Below, piece after piece: positions 8,723 through 18,524 of a stretch of 64,000 nt of DNA. Source of the DNA: Candidatus Omnitrophota bacterium (lineage in GTDB: Bacteria > Omnitrophota > Omnitrophia > Omnitrophales > Omnitrophaceae). A model generated the notes under the pieces. It had not been told where the DNA came from, ran no database searches, and saw only the letters and a program-made list of their open reading frames with translations. Position 1 is the stretch's first letter; each line of letters starts with the position of its first letter. The stretch covers positions 9,691 through 73,690 of the forward strand of contig JAKQXH010000044.1 in NCBI GenBank assembly GCA_029561555.1. The letters run 5' to 3'. The position numbers were made by a program, and so were the translations under genes.

Positions 8723-11080
8723 TCATGATGCGGTCGGGGAAGACGGACGGGTGTTTTTCTCGGGAAATGCTTTTCGATTGAAGGGGAGGGAGATCCTGAT
8801 TTGGAATAGCAACGCCAGGAATATTATTAGAAGCGTAGAAACGTAAATGACGGAAAATATTGCGATCACGTAACTGAAAATCGACATTAAACCGTTCCAG
8901 TATTTGAATTCCACAAGATGGCGCCCTTTTCCTAGCCGGACCGCTTTGAAAGCAAAATACGCTTTTTCGACCGGGACTTCTTTCCCGTCCACAAAGGCGT
9001 GCCAGCCGGGGTGCCATGCGTCGGCGTACACAAGCCAAGAACCTTTTTCCGCCGCAACAGTCACATCCAGGGACAGTTTATTCGCATTGAAATCGAGAAC
9101 GCGTATCGTTCCGTTTGCGGCCGGCGAAGGATCGGCGTTTGTGACGGTAGGCGGCAATCCGTCCCGTTTTGGCAGGAGAACGACTTGATCGATATTTGGA
9201 ATGTTGAGCAGCATCGGCCATGCCGAATTTTCATTGTCAAGATAAACGGCGTTGGGAATCAGCCGAAGTTTTGGGGATTCGATGCCGAGAATTTGCTTTA
9301 ACGCATTGTCACGCCGGAAGTTATAGATTTGTGATAGTTTGAGCGCTCCCGGCGACCACCAATCAGACCGATAGAAGGACCGGGCCGGATCCAGTTGAAT
9401 GAAATTATACATAATGGTGTGAAGGTTTTCGGGAAAGCAAGCTTGTTCCATCAGTTTGGTTGCGCGTATTTGATGATCGGAAACGGGGAGCTGGTATCTT
9501 TCGCTTTGGAAGCGCAGTGCGTTGACTTTGAAGCAACTGAGAGCCGAGTCGAACTCGGGTGCTACTTTCGGTGACTGCGCGTAAATCATCGCCTGAAACG
9601 AGAAAAGATCAAAAACAAAGGCGATCAAAAAAGCGATCGGGAACCACTGTCTTTCGGAGGTTCCGGCGGATCGGCCGGAACCGGATCGAAGCGGGAAACG
9701 CGCGAGTAAAAATGGGAGAACCAATGCTCCTGCGTAAACAAAAAGTCTGCCGATGAAAACAAAATGCCAAATTTTGATCAGTTCCGGGGTGAGAACAAAG
9801 TCGGAACGGGCCATGAGATTTTTCATGGGGAATTGTGTTGAGAGGGTTCCGAGTAATATCCAGATTGCAATAACCAAACCTGCCGAAAGAATTTTGTTGC
9901 GGGAAGACCAGAATTTTTCCCAGCCGAAACCGGCCGCGATAATGATCAAAACCTTTACAAGACCGTAAATCAGGCCAATATGACGGTAGTAGGACATGCC
10001 GGGAAGATGATAAACCATTTTGGCAAACAGTCCTCCCTGAGACAGGGCGATCAGAGCCGCAATGCAGGCGGTGATGCCCCAGAAGAGGAGATCCCTTTCT
10101 TTTAGAAGCGCCCAGGCGAAAAATAACAGCGGCAGAATTCCGATGTAAATAACGTTATCTAAAGGGCTGGCAATCAACAGGCAGGTGGGCCATCCGAAAA
10201 GGAATGAACGGATTACGTTAGTTAAACTCGGATTGCCTCCGTAGGTCAGAAAAGTATTCAAATCGGCCGTCTTTTTCAGCGAATCCCGCCCGGCTACGTT
10301 AAAGGAAACGTTCGCGAGAGAGTGCGTTTGATAATAGATCACAATGCCGGCCATCAATAAAAAGACGAAAAACGCGAGGTAATTGCCGGGGGATTTCCGG
10401 AAAAGAGATTTCCAAGCCGTCCGTTTTTGGGCGGAGAGGAAGGCGCTTAAGATCAAGAACAGATATGCCCAAAGGATCACGGCATAAACGCCGTCCAGGA
10501 ACCATGCAATGAAGGTGATGCCGCAGAGCCAGAGAAACTTCGGGTTACTTTCCTCGAAGAACCGGAGAAGGAGATAAATGGCGAGAGGGAGGAGGTAGAA
10601 AATTCTCAGGTCGAGAAAATATTGCGAATACCAAACCGTGCTTCCGATCGAGGCGAGGCACGTAAAAAGGACGGAGCTTTTTCTCCTGAAAAGCCGTGTT
10701 GAAAGGAGATACACCCCGGTTAGGAATAAGATCTGGTCAATGACAATGCTCCATTTGTAAAGCGATAAGACATCGGAAATGCGGCATAATTTTCCCAATA
10801 AAACCGCGAAATGGCTTGTTGCCGCTTGCATGAGGAAAAGAAATTCACTTGAGCCTCCAAAATTACCGTACGGAAGCCAGCCGGCAATCTGGCCGTTATG
10901 GAAGAATTCGTTATAGAAATGGAAGAAAATATGGAAGCCCACCAGGGTGTCGACCATCGGAATGAAGTTTTTTGCCAAGTAAAGGAGATTGACTCCTATC
11001 AGGACAATAAGCGAAACCAACAGGACGGGATTGATTCTTATTTTTAACAAGAGATTGCTTTGCTTTCGGAAGTGTTTCAA
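8723..11080 (-). CDS. YfhO-family-like polytopic membrane protein (GT-C-like), paralog B.
   Basis: 785 aa. Many N-terminal TM helices. C-terminal periplasmic-type domain ending in WHPGWHAFVDGKEVPV...LGKGRHLVEFKY followed by a final TM helix (IFSYVIAIFSVIYVSTLLIIFLALL). This topology and C-terminal motif are typical of YfhO-type proteins. Confidence 0.6.
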   Translation of the reverse strand: MKHFRKQSNLLLKIRINPVLLVSLIVLIGVNLLYLAKNFIPMVDTLVGFHIFFHFYNEFFHNGQIAGWLPYGNFGGSSEFLFLMQAATSHFAVLLGKLCRISDVLSLYKWSIVIDQILFLTGVYLLSTRLFRRKSSVLFTCLASIGSTVWYSQYFLDLRIFYLLPLAIYLLLRFFEESNPKFLWLCGITFIAWFLDGVYAVILWAYLFLILSAFLSAQKRTAWKSLFRKSPGNYLAFFVFLLMAGIVIYYQTHSLANVSFNVAGRDSLKKTADLNTFLTYGGNPSLTNVIRSFLFGWPTCLLIASPLDNVIYIGILPLLFFAWALLKERDLLFWGITACIAALIALSQGGLFAKMVYHLPGMSYYRHIGLIYGLVKVLIIIAAGFGWEKFWSSRNKILSAGLVIAIWILLGTLSTQFPMKNLMARSDFVLTPELIKIWHFVFIGRLFVYAGALVLPFLLARFPLRSGSGRSAGTSERQWFPIAFLIAFVFDLFSFQAMIYAQSPKVAPEFDSALSCFKVNALRFQSERYQLPVSDHQIRATKLMEQACFPENLHTIMYNFIQLDPARSFYRSDWWSPGALKLSQIYNFRRDNALKQILGIESPKLRLIPNAVYLDNENSAWPMLLNIPNIDQVVLLPKRDGLPPTVTNADPSPAANGTIRVLDFNANKLSLDVTVAAEKGSWLVYADAWHPGWHAFVDGKEVPVEKAYFAFKAVRLGKGRHLVEFKYWNGLMSIFSYVIAIFSVIYVSTLLIIFLALLFQIRISLPFNRKAFPEKNTRPSSPTAS

Positions 11081-11178
11081 GTTTTTAAATATTTGAGAAG
11101 CCGGGAAGCCTCTCCCCTCCCTTATTCCTCAAGAATACGCGTAATCTTATATTTCATTCAATAGGTTGAATCGGAAAA

Positions 11179-11208
11179 ATCGAGGGTTCCTCAGGGGCAA
11201 CCCTCGAT
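11179..11208 (-). terminator. Intrinsic terminator-like hairpin at the 3' end of the SPASM rSAM gene; the stop codon lies in the loop.
   Basis: Perfect 10-bp inverted repeat ATCGAGGGTT ... AACCCTCGAT. On the minus-strand transcript it is followed by ATTTTTCC. Confidence 0.45.
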
Positions 11209-12360
11209 TGACATAGGGGAAACTCCCCGAGGGCTCAAATATTCGGCCACGTAGGCGTCAAATTCAGCCGGGTCGAATTTCTTGCTTTTCAGCCCCTCAT
11301 CCACTGTAATTTTGAAATAATTGCGGAGAACGGAAGGCGTCAGGCTGAACATTAAATTGAGATCGTTTACGCACATCAGATAACAGGCCTTGCAGCCGTG
11401 ATCCAGGGAATGCCGGACGGCTTTCCGCATCCCGGTTTCTCTGAAATCCCACCCGTCAAATTTCCCGATGAATTGGATGCACGGATAAACTTTCCCGTCG
11501 CAATCGATGAATATCATGTGTCTCCCGCCGAAGCATTTGATGTATTCAAATTCCGGCGGATTCTTGGAGAGGATGACTTTCCGGGTGTAATCGGGCCAAT
11601 CCAGAATTTTTCGCATGACCGTCTCCGAAAAAAGGATGGGGTAGCCGCGTTTTTTATAGGCAATCAGTTTTTTGACCGCTTCCCGGTACTCGTCTACGGA
11701 GATGTCCAGGTTCTGATAATCCGCGTCGCTTTTTAAGCTCCTTTGAACGAAAAAGCCGAATTCGGTGTAAATATGAAAGCGTTTCGCGAATTCCAGGATT
11801 CCGTCTAAGGCGGCCAGATTGTTCCGGTTGACGGTGGTGTAAGTGTGAACATTCACCCCCGCTTTTTTTGCGGCTTTGATGGCTTTCATAATGGTCTCAA
11901 ATGTGCCGCTTCCGCGGTTTGAATCATTGCTGGGTTTGTTCCCGTCCCAACTGATGCAAATCGTTTTGATTTTCTTCACGGTTTCGATTTTTTTCTCAAC
12001 CAAACTTCCGTTGGTGCTGATCCCCAAAGTGATCCCCAAAGCATTGGCTTTGTCTACGATCCGGTCAATGTCTTCCCTCAGCAAGGGTTCCCCTCCGCTG
12101 AGCTGCAGAAAAGACATCCCCATCCGGGCCAATTCCTCTATGGCCGCGAGAGCTTGTTCCGTGGTGATCGGATTTTTCTCCCTTTTTCTGTTTTTGTAAT
12201 CACCGTAACAATAGGCGCAATCGAAATTGCACTGAGGGGTCAGGGAGAAAGTGACGACAAGCGGGAACGGTTTGTTGAGGGCTTTGGAATAGAGCAATCT
12301 TGAGAAGAAACGGGCCCTGGAGATCAATGTCGCGATGGGTGCTTGTTTTTGGCTGTTCAT
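11191..12360 (-). CDS. Radical SAM protein with a C-terminal SPASM/twitch Cys-rich domain, paralog 1.
   Basis: CNFDCAYC (CxxxCxxC) about 45 aa from the N-terminus. C-terminal Cys cluster CFGG...CDGKVYPC...GCKACYLMC. Paralogous to the ORFs at 18525, 23689 and 24743. Confidence 0.8.
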   Translation of the reverse strand: MNSQKQAPIATLISRARFFSRLLYSKALNKPFPLVVTFSLTPQCNFDCAYCYGDYKNRKREKNPITTEQALAAIEELARMGMSFLQLSGGEPLLREDIDRIVDKANALGITLGISTNGSLVEKKIETVKKIKTICISWDGNKPSNDSNRGSGTFETIMKAIKAAKKAGVNVHTYTTVNRNNLAALDGILEFAKRFHIYTEFGFFVQRSLKSDADYQNLDISVDEYREAVKKLIAYKKRGYPILFSETVMRKILDWPDYTRKVILSKNPPEFEYIKCFGGRHMIFIDCDGKVYPCIQFIGKFDGWDFRETGMRKAVRHSLDHGCKACYLMCVNDLNLMFSLTPSVLRNYFKITVDEGLKSKKFDPAEFDAYVAEYLSPRGVSPMSIEGCP

Positions 12361-12379
12361 CGGGTCCTCATTTTTAACT

Positions 12380-13834
12380 TTATTGTATGCAGAATTTTTC
12401 TTTAAGGAATCTTTTTATTTGCCGCCGGTTCAGAAAAATGAAGCGTCCGCTCAAAATGTCGAGTATTAAATTCGGAAAATGAGATCTTAGAAATTCCCAA
12501 TAAAAAATTTTTTCTCTCCGTCTCAGCTCTTTTTTGTCAAAATCCGGAGTCTCAACGATCGGAGCGTTGAATCGGTCGATATTTTTCCAGTAATCCGCTT
12601 GGAGATAGCCTTCCCGGACGGATTCGTCATACAGTTTGGTTCCGGGGAAAGGAGTGAAAAAGCTTGTTGCGACCATGCTGAACGGGAATTTCCGGATCAT
12701 TTTCAGGGTTTCGGAAAAACAATCTTTGTTTTCCCCCGGAATCCCCAGAATAAAAAAGCCGATAACGGGAAGTCCCGCTTGTTTGCAGGCGGTCAGGGCC
12801 CGGTAAATCGTTTCTTCGCTGAGCCCTTTTTTAATGACGTGATTCCGGATGAAAGCGCTCCCGGATTCAACGCCGATGCAAACATTGACGCAGCCCGCTT
12901 TTTTCATTAACCGGGCCAATCCCGCGTCCAAGTGATCGGCGGCGATTCCGTTGGGGGTGTTCCATTTGAATTTCAGTCCGCCGCTGAGAATCAATTCGCA
13001 TAACCGGATGATTCGGGATTTGTCGTATGTCAAATTGTCGTCCATGAAGAAGATTTCTCTCACCCGAAAGTCTTTTAGGAGAATTTTTATCTCTTCGAAG
13101 ACATTTTCGGCGCTTCTCCCTCTCCACTTGGTTCCATGAGATTGATACATGCTGCAAAAAGTGCATTTTCGGGGACAGCTTCTGCTGGTGATGATCGAAG
13201 CAGCGCGGTTTTGTCCCAGCCCGTAGAGGACGGCCGACGGGTTTTGCAGGTAGAATTCCATGGGGAGTAAGTCCCTGGCGGGGAAAGGAAGTTCGTCCAG
13301 TCTCAGGATGAATTCCGTTTTGGAGCACACTTTTATCGTGCCGTCTGCTTTATAGGCACAGCCGTCGAGTTTTATTTCTTCCGGTGACTTTCCCGACTCG
13401 ATATGGCGGACAAGAGCCAAAAAGGATTTTTCGCCTTCGCCGATTATGACGTAATCCACTTCAGGATGGGCTCCGGTTTCCCGGGGGAAAATGGTCGGAT
13501 GAATTCCTCCGATCACCGTGATAATGGTCTTGCTGATTTCTTTGGCGGATCTTGCTATCTCCAACGCGGTGTCAATCCGTAAACTGAAAGGGCAGGTAAT
13601 TCCGACGATGTCCGGCTTGAATTCTTTTATCCGATGAATAACGTCCTGTTTTGAAAGCCCGTAATGCCAGACAGCTCCGTTTTTCTTGACTTCCGAAGCT
13701 GCCGCATCCAATATGGCGGTACAATATCCGTGTTTCCGGAGATAGGCCGCCAAATAGGCGAGAGACAAAGGTTCTTTGATTAATAAATGCGGCGAGTAAT
13801 AATCGAAAGCGGGATTGATCAGCAGGATTTTCAT
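12380..13834 (-). CDS. Cobalamin-binding (class B) radical SAM protein, paralog 2.
   Basis: MKILLINPAF... B12-binding-like N-terminal domain. SRSCPRKCTFC radical-SAM motif. 20-bp gap to the downstream SPASM gene. Confidence 0.8.
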   Translation of the reverse strand: MKILLINPAFDYYSPHLLIKEPLSLAYLAAYLRKHGYCTAILDAAASEVKKNGAVWHYGLSKQDVIHRIKEFKPDIVGITCPFSLRIDTALEIARSAKEISKTIITVIGGIHPTIFPRETGAHPEVDYVIIGEGEKSFLALVRHIESGKSPEEIKLDGCAYKADGTIKVCSKTEFILRLDELPFPARDLLPMEFYLQNPSAVLYGLGQNRAASIITSRSCPRKCTFCSMYQSHGTKWRGRSAENVFEEIKILLKDFRVREIFFMDDNLTYDKSRIIRLCELILSGGLKFKWNTPNGIAADHLDAGLARLMKKAGCVNVCIGVESGSAFIRNHVIKKGLSEETIYRALTACKQAGLPVIGFFILGIPGENKDCFSETLKMIRKFPFSMVATSFFTPFPGTKLYDESVREGYLQADYWKNIDRFNAPIVETPDFDKKELRRREKIFYWEFLRSHFPNLILDILSGRFIFLNRRQIKRFLKEKFCIQ

Positions 13835-14104
13835 GAATTGCGCGTGATGAAGTGTCTCACCCTCCCCCGGAAAACGTTTGTAAAAATACCTTGATTATAA
13901 AGATAGAAAACCGGTCCCGGCGGTTTTACCGCAGCGTCCTACGATTAGTATAAAATAACTTCGGGAGTTGTTCCAATTAAGAATTCCGGAGGAGAATGGG
14001 GCCCGGTGGAAAGATCGGGAAGGCGGCCGTCTGTGGACGGAAGAGATTTGAGGGATAACGCTTGCGGTAAATACCAAAACGATATTAGAATCTGCTATTA
14101 AAAT

Positions 14105-17014
14105 ATGAAATGGAACCTCGGGAAAACGATTTTTAAAGAACGGGTCCGACCTACAACCGGTTTCTTTCCTTCCGGCTTTTTTCAGATTATCTTCGATCTT
14201 TCCCCGCGTTATTTTTTCTGCCTGATGTTGGGAATCCTGGGGCTTCATAGAGGGGCGGCTCAGCTCCTTGAAAACGGCGGATGGATCCGCTTGAATGTGT
14301 TGACGGGAGGGCTTTCCCCTTTTTTTACGACGCAATTCCTGATTGAGGTTTTTTGTGTCCCTGCCGCCGTGACGGCGGGAATACTGATTTTCACTCTGAC
14401 GAATCAAGCTTATGCTTTTCTTAAGATGTGCCCCGGCGACTGCGTGAAAAATACGGCCGGCAGTTTTGTTATTTTGGGGATCCCTTTTCTGACCGCCTTG
14501 TCTTCCGGCCGGATCTCGCTTTTGTTTGCGGGCTTATGGGGGAGCCTTTTCCTGTACCTGGTTTCAAACGGATTGAATCTTCTAATCCTGGGGATCCGGC
14601 GGAGACATCCGCAGATGGGATCCGAAAATCTTTGGGAGGTTTCGCTGATCCTGATTTTTATTGGTTTTTATTTGCTGGGGAAAATGGGGGGCGGGAGAGT
14701 TTGTGAGGGGAGTTTTGTTTTCGTGCTAATAGGCTTTTGCTTTTTCCTTCCAATCGCTGTTTTTGCGTTTGCCTATGGGCTGTCGGCCCGTTTGGGGCGA
14801 CATTTCCTTCCCCCATTGTTTGGAAGCTATGCGGTGATACTTGCGGTCGCTTTTGGATTTCTGACTTTTGACCTTTTCCGTTTTTTTTCATCCGGCAGCC
14901 CGGTCTTACTTTCGTCTGTAGCCGCATCTCTGGCGGCGGCAGGAGGCCTGATTTTGGGCTTTCGTCTCAAAAAAAATTTTGATCCGTTGAGCGGTTTGAA
15001 CCGGATTGCCTATTTTTTGGTGGTTCCCCTGATGATGATTTGCTATTTCAGTCCCCTGATGTTCAGCGCGGATCCGGATGCTCTGGGGAACTGGGGGAAT
15101 GTGATGCATAAAACTTCCACGACCGCATTTTGGACCGCGGAACTGTTCCTGCGAGGCGGGAAATATTTTGCGCAAATCACGTCACCGGGGATCGGCTGGA
15201 TGCTTTACAACGCATTGCTGATGAAATTGTTCCGGTATGATTACGCGTTGATTGTCAATGCGAAAATGCTTGTCTATGCTTTAGGCATGACCGGTTTTTA
15301 TCTCACCATTTATGTTTTTACGGGCCGGAAAATCGTCATCCCGTGCCTGCTGCTGGGTTTGGCCGGGTACATGCCCTTCTACTACGACTATAACAACTGG
15401 GACATGTGGCAGAGATATTTGTTTTATTGGCCCGGCATGGCGGCCTGCTTTTTTTACCTGAAGCGCGACGCGGAGGGGAGAAAAACCCATTGGATTCTCT
15501 TGTCGGCGGGGTTTCTGGCAGGACTCAACCTGGCTTCGGTTTGGGATGTTGCGCTGCTGGGAGGAGTGAATCTTTTTGTCCTTTTTGCCGCCGTCAATTT
15601 TTCGAACAATCCGTTAATTGAAAAATGGAAACGAAATTTAATCTTGGCAACGGGTTTCCTAATCGGCGCGGCTCCGTTTCTTCTTTTTGTCGCACGGCAT
15701 TGCGGCCTTTTCAATTATTTTGCCTATTATCTCTATTTAATCAAAGGATGCGGGGTCTATGCTTCGGGGCGTGTTTGGGAAAATCCGAGCATGGTTTTCT
15801 GGCCGACCCTGACTCACTCATTCGTGTATTTCAACTTCATGAACATCAAAATTATCCTCTCGTGTGTCGGGGTCCTGCTCCTGGTTTACCGGCTCCTTCA
15901 AAGACAGGTCGATGTTTTCACGAAGATGCTGGCGATTTTTATTTTACAGGATCTTTTTTTTATGGTGACCCGGTTTACCGGGGGCGGGGACGGGGGGACG
16001 CTTTTTTATAAATCGGCCATGTACGGGAGCGTGATTCTTTATGCGGTATTTGCTCAGTTTTTCAGAGCAAAGAATTATTTTCCGAGCTTATGTGTTTTGT
16101 TTGCGATCGTTTTTGCGCCGAACATGATTTATCCTATTTCAAGCAGCGATTATGAAACGGATTTCGGAAAGTACGCTTTTAATCCGACCGCGTATATCAA
16201 CGCGAGGGAAAGCCTGCCGGAAAAAATACGGGGACTCTCGACCTATGACCGAAAGAAACAGGACGAACGTTTCCGGGCAGTCAATGATCGTTTCCGGGCG
16301 GTTATTCGCATGACGCCGGGGACTTATTTTGATGACAGTCTGCCGCAGATGCCGCCTGATTTCTCGGATCACATCGGAATTTTATTTTTGAGAAATTATT
16401 GGGTAAGGCAATATGCCGCAACGAAGGCCTGCGCCGGGGATTTCCGGTTTTCGGAAGATTACGGCTATTTAAAATCCAATCAGGCTGCCGAGGAATTTAT
16501 CCGATCCAACAAACGCGATATCCCCGTTTCGGCGGATGTTTTGAATCCGCCGCAGGAGACGATAGCGATTGATGTGTTTGGCGATCTGGAGGCGAGGCGT
16601 AAACAATACCGGGACCGGTATTATGACCAATGCTATAAGGGGAATAGCGTCCAGGATGTTTCAATCCTTGCCCGGATGATATTCCCCGACAAATCGGGGG
16701 TGTCGTTATCCCTTGAAAATCCGAATCCGTCCGTTTTGATGGTTGTGGATTACCCGTACTTATCAAAAAATGCCCCCGCCCGGTTTCCTCTCAACCGGGT
16801 TGAAGTCGACGGGACCGAAGCTTCCGTCTATCCGACGATCAACGGAACGCAGGCTGTTTTAATTCCGTATGGACGACATACGGTTGTTGTAAGAAACCTT
16901 GCGAAATCGAAGGCATTTATTTTGAGTCTGCTGGGAGTTATGACGTTTGCGTCGATTGCCCTTTTATTTCTTTCCCATGGCATGAGCCGCTTTTTTTCGG
17001 GGCCTTCCGACTGA
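14105..17014 (+). CDS. YfhO-family-like polytopic membrane protein (GT-C-like), paralog C (969 aa).
   Basis: Multi-TM N-terminal half and a large hydrophilic C-terminal domain ending in ...VEVDGTEASVYP...GRHTVVVRN plus a terminal TM helix (FILSLLGVMTFASIALLFL). Only plus-strand gene inside the locus; convergent with the rSAM at 17066. Confidence 0.55.
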   Translation: MKWNLGKTIFKERVRPTTGFFPSGFFQIIFDLSPRYFFCLMLGILGLHRGAAQLLENGGWIRLNVLTGGLSPFFTTQFLIEVFCVPAAVTAGILIFTLTNQAYAFLKMCPGDCVKNTAGSFVILGIPFLTALSSGRISLLFAGLWGSLFLYLVSNGLNLLILGIRRRHPQMGSENLWEVSLILIFIGFYLLGKMGGGRVCEGSFVFVLIGFCFFLPIAVFAFAYGLSARLGRHFLPPLFGSYAVILAVAFGFLTFDLFRFFSSGSPVLLSSVAASLAAAGGLILGFRLKKNFDPLSGLNRIAYFLVVPLMMICYFSPLMFSADPDALGNWGNVMHKTSTTAFWTAELFLRGGKYFAQITSPGIGWMLYNALLMKLFRYDYALIVNAKMLVYALGMTGFYLTIYVFTGRKIVIPCLLLGLAGYMPFYYDYNNWDMWQRYLFYWPGMAACFFYLKRDAEGRKTHWILLSAGFLAGLNLASVWDVALLGGVNLFVLFAAVNFSNNPLIEKWKRNLILATGFLIGAAPFLLFVARHCGLFNYFAYYLYLIKGCGVYASGRVWENPSMVFWPTLTHSFVYFNFMNIKIILSCVGVLLLVYRLLQRQVDVFTKMLAIFILQDLFFMVTRFTGGGDGGTLFYKSAMYGSVILYAVFAQFFRAKNYFPSLCVLFAIVFAPNMIYPISSSDYETDFGKYAFNPTAYINARESLPEKIRGLSTYDRKKQDERFRAVNDRFRAVIRMTPGTYFDDSLPQMPPDFSDHIGILFLRNYWVRQYAATKACAGDFRFSEDYGYLKSNQAAEEFIRSNKRDIPVSADVLNPPQETIAIDVFGDLEARRKQYRDRYYDQCYKGNSVQDVSILARMIFPDKSGVSLSLENPNPSVLMVVDYPYLSKNAPARFPLNRVEVDGTEASVYPTINGTQAVLIPYGRHTVVVRNLAKSKAFILSLLGVMTFASIALLFLSHGMSRFFSGPSD

Positions 17015-17065
17015 ACCGGGGATTTTTCTTGGTTCTCGGGGGGTGTCCGTCAACTTGAGAAATGA

Positions 17066-18514
17066 TTATCCTTTTCCCCCGGTCATCAGGCTTCGCTTTC
17101 GCCACGCATAAATAAACACTTGCCCCCAATGCAGCCTGTTTTCGTGTTTGTTCCGGATAAAATAGCCGAGAAGAAAAAGAAGGTAAAACAAGGAATTCAG
17201 GGATTCAAGATGGACGGCCCATTTGAATGTTTTATAAGTCCAGGGATATCTGACGAAAAAGTAAAGGAGGAAATGCACATTCATGATTTTTCTTTTTTCG
17301 GGCAGATTCAGGGCGCTGGTTTTGTAGGCAAGCATGGGGATGTCCCGGATGGAGTAATCCTTACGGATCAATCCCTTCTTTTTGATGTAATCGGTAATGG
17401 CGGTCCCGGGATAGGGAATCAGCAGCATTGAGGCCGCGAGATCGGCTTTGCATTGAATGTTCAATTCAACCGTTTCGAGAGCATTGTCGAGTGTTTCATC
17501 CGGGAGGCAGAACATACTGCTGGTCCGGACGATAATCCCGTTTTCCTTGAGGACGGTCCCGCATTCGATCATTTCCGAATTCGAAATCGGTTTGTTCAGT
17601 ACCGTTCTTCGAAGCGCTTCATTACCGGTTTCAATCCCGAATGAGGCGGAATAGCAGCCTGCCTGTGCCAGTATTTTTGCCGTTTCCCGGTCGAGTATTT
17701 TGGCCCGCGTCATGCAGACAAAAGGGATTCCGACCTCTTTTTTGTATTCCGCAAGGAATTCCTTCAGCCAAATTTTGTCGAAAGTAAAAAGGTCGTCGAT
17801 AAAAAAAACGCTCGGAGAGGCATATTCCCCGATCGCGGCCAGAATTTCCCGCATGAAATTTCCGACGCTTTTGCGCCTGAGGTACCCGGTTTTGCCGATT
17901 GAATCTCTCAGGTAACTGTTGTAGCAGAAGCTGCAGGAAAACGGGCATCCTCTGCTTGAGATGAAGTAGCAGATCGCGTCCCGGCGGAGGGAAGGGTATC
18001 GCTTGAAATAAATATCCCGTGTTTCCAGAATTTCTTCCCGGTATTGAAAAAGGGGGGCCTGAGGGTTTTTGCGTATCGCGCCGCTTTCTGTTTTGTGGGC
18101 GATCCCGGGGATAGATGACCAGTCCGGCTTTTGTTTTTTTGCTTCATCAATGACGCGGCCCAGAACGGCCTCTCCGTCTCCGTAACAGGCCAGGCGGGCA
18201 TCCGTATCGGTCAGAATTTCTTCGGGAAACACTTGGGCATGGACTCCTCCGACGATTATCGGCGTTTCCGGGAATGCCCGGTGGATGCGCCTGGCGGTCT
18301 CCGAAAGCCACGAATGTTCCGTTGAAAAAACGGAAAATCCGATGATTGAAGGGCTAAGAAAGCGGAGCTTTTGAATCAAATCTTTTTCAAGGGCATCAAT
18401 CAGGATCTCGATACGACAGCCGGTTCTTTCTAGGTGGGCGTTTAGAGAGAGGATTCCGAAATAAGGCATGGGATATTGCTGAATGATCACAATATCCGGT
18501 TTTGCGGGCGTCAA
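17066..18514 (-). CDS. Cobalamin-binding (class B) radical SAM protein, paralog 3.
   Basis: B12-binding-like N-terminus. SRGCPFSCSFC motif. 10-bp gap from the upstream SPASM gene. Confidence 0.8.
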   Translation of the reverse strand: MTPAKPDIVIIQQYPMPYFGILSLNAHLERTGCRIEILIDALEKDLIQKLRFLSPSIIGFSVFSTEHSWLSETARRIHRAFPETPIIVGGVHAQVFPEEILTDTDARLACYGDGEAVLGRVIDEAKKQKPDWSSIPGIAHKTESGAIRKNPQAPLFQYREEILETRDIYFKRYPSLRRDAICYFISSRGCPFSCSFCYNSYLRDSIGKTGYLRRKSVGNFMREILAAIGEYASPSVFFIDDLFTFDKIWLKEFLAEYKKEVGIPFVCMTRAKILDRETAKILAQAGCYSASFGIETGNEALRRTVLNKPISNSEMIECGTVLKENGIIVRTSSMFCLPDETLDNALETVELNIQCKADLAASMLLIPYPGTAITDYIKKKGLIRKDYSIRDIPMLAYKTSALNLPEKRKIMNVHFLLYFFVRYPWTYKTFKWAVHLESLNSLFYLLFLLGYFIRNKHENRLHWGQVFIYAWRKRSLMTGGKG

Positions 18515-18524
18515 GGCCGGCCCC

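Noticed and set aside
6552-9038. Long N-terminal ORF extensions given by the ORF track (6552..9038, 27304..28521, 37436..38725, 38344..39768, 3627..4841)
   Set aside because: The extensions overlap upstream genes, are rich in Arg/Pro/Ser junk, and place canonical N-terminal motifs (Rossmann GxGxxG, TM1) far inside. Internal Met starts were chosen instead.
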